From the human T2T-CHM13v2.0 reference genome, Homo sapiens, in the NCBI RefSeq assembly GCF_009914755.1, contig NC_060936.1: 64,000 bases of DNA; one strand, written 5' to 3'. This document shows positions 56,060-64,000 of the stretch, piece after piece (the first letter of the stretch is position 1; each line of letters begins with the position of its first letter). The notes below the pieces were generated by a model that saw only the letters and a list, made by a program, of their open reading frames with translations, made no database searches and was not told where the DNA came from. The position numbers were made by a program, and so were the translations under genes.

Positions 56060-56290
56060 GGAAAAGACCTCTGGCCAAGGAACATGCACTTTGGGGTCAC
56101 TAGGGTTCAAATCATAGTACTGCCTCTCCCAACGGGGTGATCTCCAGCAAATTACTTAATCTCTCTGAGCCTCAGTTTCCTCACCTTTAAAATGGGGATA
56201 CATTTTGAACCTGTCCTAAGAGAGTTCTTGAGGAACTTCAGTGGGCATGGCAGGTGGGAAACACTCAAAACGTGGGTTATTATTACCATT
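56060..56290 (+). mobile_element. MIR
   Basis: gcaaattacttaatctctctgagcctcagtttcctc. Confidence 0.85.
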
Positions 56291-56864
56291 AATCAGACAG
56301 CAATAGTAGTCATCAAAGGTGGTCTCTACAAGGTTGTTTTTGTTGTTGTTGTTGTTTTGCCTGGCTCTCAGTCTCCCCTAAATAACTTCCCCTTCTGCAG
56401 GGCCTAACTGGGAGGTGGGTTTTGGTTTGTGTTTTCTGTGAGTCACAGAGGCCATGAGTCATCACCCAAGAAGAGGCTGTTTCAGAGCCAGGGGGTCATA
56501 GATTCTAGTCCCATGCCCAGCACTTTCCAGCTGTGCGCCCTTGGGGGCCCCTGTCCTCCCTCTCTAAGCCTCAATTTCCTCATCTGTAAAATGAGGGCAG
56601 TGGGGAGGATCCAGTGAGGGTAGGAATATCCAGTGCCTGGCGCATAGTAGGTGCTCAGTAAGTGGCTGCGGATGCTTTTTTAGCCCTTCTCCCAGTGAGA
56701 ATTTCCAAGAGAGAGGTCAGCATCAGTGTGGAAGAGATTAGAAGATGATGGGGGTCCCTGAAGCTCAGCATGTTGGAAGCTGCGGCCTGGGACCTCCCTT
56801 GGATGAGGAGGCCAGGAAGTAGGACAGACTGTACCAGTGTGTTGCCCTCACCTCATCAAAGGAC

Positions 56865-57195
56865 CTTTTCTTTTTTTATTTTTCCTTTTTTTGTTTTTTC
56901 TTTCATGAGATGGAGTCTCACTCTGTCTCTCAGGTTAGAGTGCAGTGGCATGATCTCGTCTCACTGCAATCTCCACCTCCCAGGTTGAAGCAATTCTCCT
57001 GCCTCAACCTTCAAAGTAGCTGGGAATACAAGCACACACCACCACACCTGGCTAATTTTTGTATTTTTTTTTTTTAGTAGAGATGGGGTTTTGTTATGTT
57101 AGCCAGGCTGGTGTCGAACTCCTGACCTCAAGTGATGCACCTGCCTCGCCCTCAGAAAGTGCTGGGATTACAGGCATGAGCCACTGTGCCCGACC
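56865..57195 (-). mobile_element. AluS
   Basis: Antisense dimer. Confidence 0.9.
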
Positions 57196-57589
57196 AAAAG
57201 AGCCTTTTCTAATTGCAGAGAGTAGCTTCAGGATATCAGTAAGTTCATTTCATAGATGAGAAAAACTATAGTCCAAGGTGGTGAAGGCATCTAGACTGGA
57301 ATTCAAACCCAGGCCTGGCTGATTCCAGATTAGCCTTTTCTGCAGCTCCTGTACAGGCGCTAAAGGTGGGCAGCCCAGAGCCAGCTTCTCCCTGGCTTCT
57401 CCTAGGCAGCATCTAGCTGACCAGGTTATTCCAGAGAAGGCAAATTAGTGTCCAGGGCTGGCCTCACATCCAGGCATCTCCTGTTACAGGGGATTCAAAT
57501 TTAGCTGCATCCACCCCAGCTGCCAGCATCCTGGTTCTCTGCAAAGAAGGTCGAGGGCCAGGAAGCCAGGCAGGCGTGCCAGCGAGTGC

Positions 57590-57975
57590 CATTCATTGGT
57601 TCAGCTACTCACTCATTCAGTGCGCGGTCAGTCACTGAACAAATGCTTATTAGCGCCTTCCACGTGCCAGGCCCATACAGGACGCCAGGGCTACAGTGCA
57701 AACCAGATTAAGTGTGGTGCCTTATCTAACCTCCCCCGACCCTGGAGCTCACAGCATGTGAGTAGATGATAGGGGTATTGTGATGAAGTTGAGGGTGGGG
57801 CGTGTAAAGATGTTGCTTGGCCCCTCATGGAGGAGCATCAGTGAGAACTTCCCAGTGGAGGTGACAAGTGAGCTGGGACCAAACTCAGTAGAAGGTAACC
57901 TGGGAAAGGAGAGCAGGAAAGGCATTCAGGCCAAGGGAACAGCCTGGGCCAAGGTGGGAAGGCACACAGTATAGA
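57590..57975 (-). mobile_element. L2
   Basis: aacaaatgcttattagcgccttccacgtgccagg...caggccaagggaacagcctgggccaagg. Confidence 0.75.
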
Positions 57976-58028
57976 CATAGAAGAGCCCCTTCCCCCAAAC
58001 ACGGCTTTGTCCTGTTTCAAGCATCCTC

Positions 58029-58330
58029 TGGCCAGGTGCGGTGGCTCATGCTGTAATCCCAGCGCTTTGGGAGGCCGAGGCAGGAAGATGGCTTGAGCCC
58101 AGGAATTTGAGACCAGCCTGGGTAACATGGCGAAACCCCATCTCTACAAAAAATACAAAAATTAGCTGGGTGTGGTGGTAGGTGCCTGTAGTCCCAGCTA
58201 CCTGGGAGGCTGAGGCTGGAGAATCATCTGAGCTCAGCAGGTCAAGGCTGCAGTAAGCTGGGATCACACTGTTGCACTCCAGCATGGGCGACAGAGGAGA
58301 CTCTGTAAGAAAATAAAAATTAAAAAAAAA
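58029..58330 (+). mobile_element. AluJ
   Basis: Full dimer. Confidence 0.9.
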
Positions 58331-58521
58331 TCCAACTCTGAGTGACTGGTGTGTCTGGTATTCTGTGATCCTCATATCCACCTTGTCGTCCACCCCCATG
58401 CCCAGGTAGATATTATTATTCCCTTTATGGCACCTGAGTCAAGGGAGGCTCAGAGAGGTTGATAATTCGCTCAAGGCCACACAGGATCCAGACCAGCCTG
58501 ATAGATGCAGCTGTCAGTAGC

Positions 58522-58972
<451 letters not shown>

Positions 58973-59656
58973 AGGAGCTGTTTATCTGGGGCTCTCTCAG
59001 AGCCTCCGGGGCTTACAGTCTGCACCTGGGCAAGTCATCTCTCCTCGTTAAGCCTTAGTTTTCTCATATGCAAAATGAGACCCACGTGGCTGACTCCCCT
59101 GGACAGCCCCCACCCCACACCTGTTATAGCCACTTCTCCCACTGACCTCATCAGGGCAGGTGGCCTGGAAGCAGTGGTTCCTGGGGGAGGCGCAGCCACA
59201 AACCCTGTCCCAACCAGGGCAGGGACAATGGGATCTCCCTGATGGCTTCTGGCCTAATTGCCAGCAAACCCCAGGGAGCTGTGGCTGCTTCATGCTACCT
59301 CCTTAGGATCATTTCATGACTCGGGAGGCATATTGGGAGCTCCTCTGAGCCAGCCCTGGGACCTAGCTCCTCTGTGGCCAAAGGATGGGCTTCTAACACC
59401 AGACTGGGCACCTCTACCTGCTGATCCACACTGGGTGCCTCTCATAGCTGCTCTCTCCCAATTCCCAAGGTACCTTGTGAGGTCAGTACCTATGTGCCCC
59501 TTTCCAGACAAGACATCCCAGAGACGGGGAGGACTGCCTCAGTTCCGCCTTCTGGGAGATAAGAATGATGAGGCCTGCCTCATGGGCAATACTGGCCCTT
59601 CCTGAGCCTCAGTTTCCTCATCTGTAAAATGGTGTGAATCTGACTTGCCAGGTTAG

Positions 59657-59992
<336 letters not shown>

Positions 59993-61227
59993 ATAGTGCA
60001 AAATTATTGAGCACTTACTACGTGCCAGCTGCTTTTCAGGGGTTCTGCGTGCATTAACTCCTTTAGTTCTCACAGCAATCTTAGGAGATAGGGTTTGCTA
60101 TTATCCTCATGTTACACCTGAGCAAACAGAGGCACCAAGAGGCTGAGAAGAAACTCCCCCAAACACACATAAAGGGCTTAGCACAGAATAGGCCTCCATA
60201 AAGGTTAAGGCTTATTTCTCCTTCATTCCCTCCAATATCAAGCGAAGCCCTTTCCCACCATCCATACCCTCCCAGTTTTCCTCTGCCTTCTCCGGACAGC
60301 CACAGAGGGTGTCATTCATGGGATCACCTGGGGACCAGAGTTGCAAAGCTTTTACCTTAAGTTAGACCCAAAAGGAACTTCCAGCCCCATGGGGACCGTG
60401 AACAGATGAACATGCCCCCCAAATGAGAGATGCTGAGATATAAACCAATCCTGGGACAGAAATCGGAACAGGAGTCCTTCCTAAGTCCCTTCCACTCTTA
60501 GATTCTAAAAGCAGGACTGCAATGTGGTCTGTGTGGTGCCATCTCTCTTGCATGTTTCTCCCTGGGGCTGGGAAATGCCAAGCTATTGTCTGGCACTGGG
60601 GGAGGGGGAGTTTCTCTGTGACAAGGTCCTGGGATTGGTGAGTACACCTCCTTCCACACCCCATGCACGCCAGCCCCCCAGAGCAGCTGGGCAGCATTTC
60701 TGCTGTCTGTGGGCTCATTTATCATTCAGAGGGGGGCATTGCTGCCGTGAGGTCCCCAGGGACGGCTCTGCCGTGGCCCCATCTGATTGAAATCCAGGCC
60801 CAGAACACACTCAGCCAGGAAAGTGGCTGCCTGGAACCCGAAATAAATAACACCATGGGCAGGAGGCACAAATCTGCTGCTAATTACGGCATATCCTGAT
60901 TAAATGGGGTGCGTAAATAAATATTTCAGCTCAGAAGATGAATAGGCTGCAAGAGCTGCTGTGGCCAGCCCTGTTCCAAGCCCCTCTTGCCCTTCTTCTT
61001 CCTCATGGTGCCAAAGGACAGGGCCTTGGCTCCACTTGCAGTGTGGCTCAAGATCTGTCACTCCCCTACTCTGGACCTCAGTTTCTTCTTTATCAAACAG
61101 TGCCAAAGATCACCATTCAGCCAACTTTGCAGTTCTGGGGTGAGGATATGAACAGAGCATTTGGGGCGATCAGATTTTGACAGAGCCAAGGTGGCAGTGA
61201 TTATGAATGGTAAAGAATTTGGAATTT

Positions 61228-61372
61228 GGGCTGGGTGCAGTGGCTCACACCTGTAATCTCAGCACTTTGGGAGGCCAAGGTGGGAGAATAGCTTGAACCC
61301 AGGAGTTTCAGATCAGCCTGGGCAACATAGCGAGACCCTGTCTCTGTAAAATAAAATTTAAAAATAAATAAA
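61228..61372 (+). mobile_element. Alu left monomer (FLAM_C-like)
   Basis: Single monomer with A-rich tail. Confidence 0.85.
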
Positions 61373-62279
61373 AGCATGAGAAAGTTGGAGCCCACCAGTC
61401 TTGAGTTTGAATGCCAGCTGTGGAACTCTTTCTGTGCTTCAGTTTCCCCTTCTGCAAATTGGTGGGATGTGAAGAGCCAGTGAACCCTGTGGGCTGTGGT
61501 AGCTACTCTTGATGGTAACCCAACTCCATACACTTGAGTCCTGGTAGTTATTGTCATTATACATGGAGGTGCCCAGAAGACCCAGCCTCAGGCAAGGCCC
61601 GCATTCTCCACTCCGTGCCCATGTGGACGCCCTGCCTGGAGACCGTGCTTGCTCTCCCAGATGCCACCTCCTTATTTCCGTGAGGCAGAGCGATAATAGA
61701 ATCGGGGGCCCAGGGGAGGGTAGGAGGAGGGAGAATCATCCTGGAAAAGTTTAAATCAATTAACTTCCTTCCAGAAAACAGACTGGGAAATGTAATGGAG
61801 AAATAATGACTCTTCTCCGCAGGATTAAGTGACATAGACCAGGGCCCAGCAAGGAACTGCAGAGGCAGGCTCAGGAGTCTTGTCTCTGACTGCCTGTGTG
61901 GCCTTGAGCAAGCCTTAGTCCTTCTCTGAGCTTCCTCTGAGCTGCCCTCTTCCTTCTCTGAGTTTCCTCATCTGTACAAGGAGAGGGCTTGGACCAGCAT
62001 CAGGAATGGCTAATCAATAGCATGGCTTCCCTAACTCTTCCCTTCCTTGCCCACTGCAGGCATTGCTAATCGGTTGCAGCACCATTCTCACTAAGCCCAG
62101 ATGAAATAGCAAAGCAACCCAAGCCAATACTCCAGGCATTCCCTCCTGATGAGTCAGAGTGGGCACCCAGGCACCAGACCAGTTTAGATGGTCTCCAAGT
62201 CCTCATCTAGCACTAGGCCAATATTGGTGTTATTATTATTGCTATTGTAGGTGTTATTATTGCTGTTGCAGACTCAGTG

Positions 62280-62513
62280 TCCATCATAGCACTAACAACA
62301 AACGTTGAAGTTCATTGAGTGTTAGCTGTGGGCCAGGCACTATTCTAAGCACTTTCACATTTTAACTTACTACAGCATCATAACCATTGGACAAGGCAGT
62401 TCTTCTTCTTCTTATTATTATTATTTTACAGATCCAAGGCCTAGAGAGGGGAAGTGATTGGCCCAAGGTCACACAGCTAATAAGTGAGGCAAGGATTCAA
62501 ATCCATGCCTCTG
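62280..62513 (-). mobile_element. MIR
   Basis: ccaggcactattctaagcacttt...gcccaaggtcacacagctaataagt. Confidence 0.85.
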
Positions 62514-62514
62514 A

Positions 62515-62812
62515 GGCCAGGTGTGGTGGCTCATGCCTGTAATCCTAGCACTTTGGAAGGCCAAGGTGGGCAGATCACTTGAGTTGGGGAGTTGGAGACC
62601 AGCCTGGCCAACATGGTGAAATCCCGTCTCTACTAAAAATACAAAAATTAGCTGGATGTGGTGGGGCACACCTATAATCCCAGCTACTCAGGAGGCTAAA
62701 GCAGGAGGGTCTATTGAGCCCGGGAGGCAGAGGTCACAGTGAGCTGAGATCACACCACTGCACTCCAGCCTGGATGACAGAGCCAGACCCAGTATTAAGG
62801 AAAGAAAAAAAA
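62515..62812 (+). mobile_element. Alu
   Basis: TSD aaatccatgcctctg. Confidence 0.9.
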
Positions 62813-63560
62813 ATCCATGCCTCTGCCTCAACTGAAACAGTCCAGATGGGGTAAAGAGACCCTTCCCTTCTCTTGTAATTGGAAGTCAGGGGAAGAGAGC
62901 CATCCTTTCTCCATGCTAAGCTCTGTGCCAAATTCATCACACACATGATCAGTTTGGAACTGTAATTATCCTCATCTTCCAGATGGGGAAACTGAGGCTC
63001 AGAGGGTTGATGGGACCTGCCCAAGGTCACGTGGCTGGTTGTTTTCAAGGGTTAGGGGGGTGGCGCTGCTCTTCTTTTCCCATCTGCCCTCTCCCCGCCT
63101 GCACTGTGAGCCCCTGAGGGCAGAAGCAGTGCCCGTTTATCCTGGAATCTCCGGCCTGGCACCTGGCACACTGGAGTTGCCGAATGAATGAAGGATGCAG
63201 CTAGTATGAGAGGAGTGCCAGGCTTAGGGTACATGCCAACTCTAAGACCATCACCAGCTGTCAGACCCGAGCTGACTCCTCGTCCCTGTCCTTTGCTGAC
63301 TCACCTGCCCTGCATGCGTGACCTCTCACCTCTGTTCATGGTCCCAGATGACCCAGGGGCTTCTGGTTGGGGTCCAAATCCATCATTGCTGCATGGTCTG
63401 TCCCAGCCCTGCCTCCTCCCATCCATCTTCCCACTGCAGCTCCAGAGAAGGGGACGGTGCTGGGATGGAGGGGGAGGGGCATGGTCCCACCCCAGGATAC
63501 TGTTGGCTCACTGAGTCTTCCCCAGTGTCCTCCCATCACCTCTCAAATAGCCACTCCCCA

Positions 63561-63920
<360 letters not shown>

Positions 63921-64000
63921 TCAATGTATAAGACAGCCAAAAGCAGAGGGCTCTGGCTGGTAGGTGTGGGTTAGGGGAGTTCAAACTTGTGCCCAACCCT

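Overview
Primate (human-like) non-coding genomic DNA, probably a gene desert or very large intron. It is CpG-depleted with no CpG island and no protein-coding exon that I can support. It is dense in Alu (about 40 copies or fragments), MIR and L2, with old L1, ERVL/MaLR/ERV1 LTR and hAT DNA-transposon fragments. The only gene-derived feature recognised is a 3'-truncated 7SK snRNA retropseudogene (22401-22637, minus strand) with a 19-bp target-site duplication. The most unusual structures are: (i) an 88-bp copy of unique sequence from 39994-40081 pasted into the 3' end of an Alu at 41491-41578; (ii) a 2.1-kb TAC/CAC tandem repeat with higher-order duplications that produces mucin-like ORFs; (iii) small inverted template-switch scars; (iv) about a dozen repeat-free islands rich in homeodomain/FOX/TCF motifs that look like developmental enhancers. 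Repeat family names come from recalled consensus sequences and boundaries are approximate. No database search was run. I found no evidence for a new multi-gene system.
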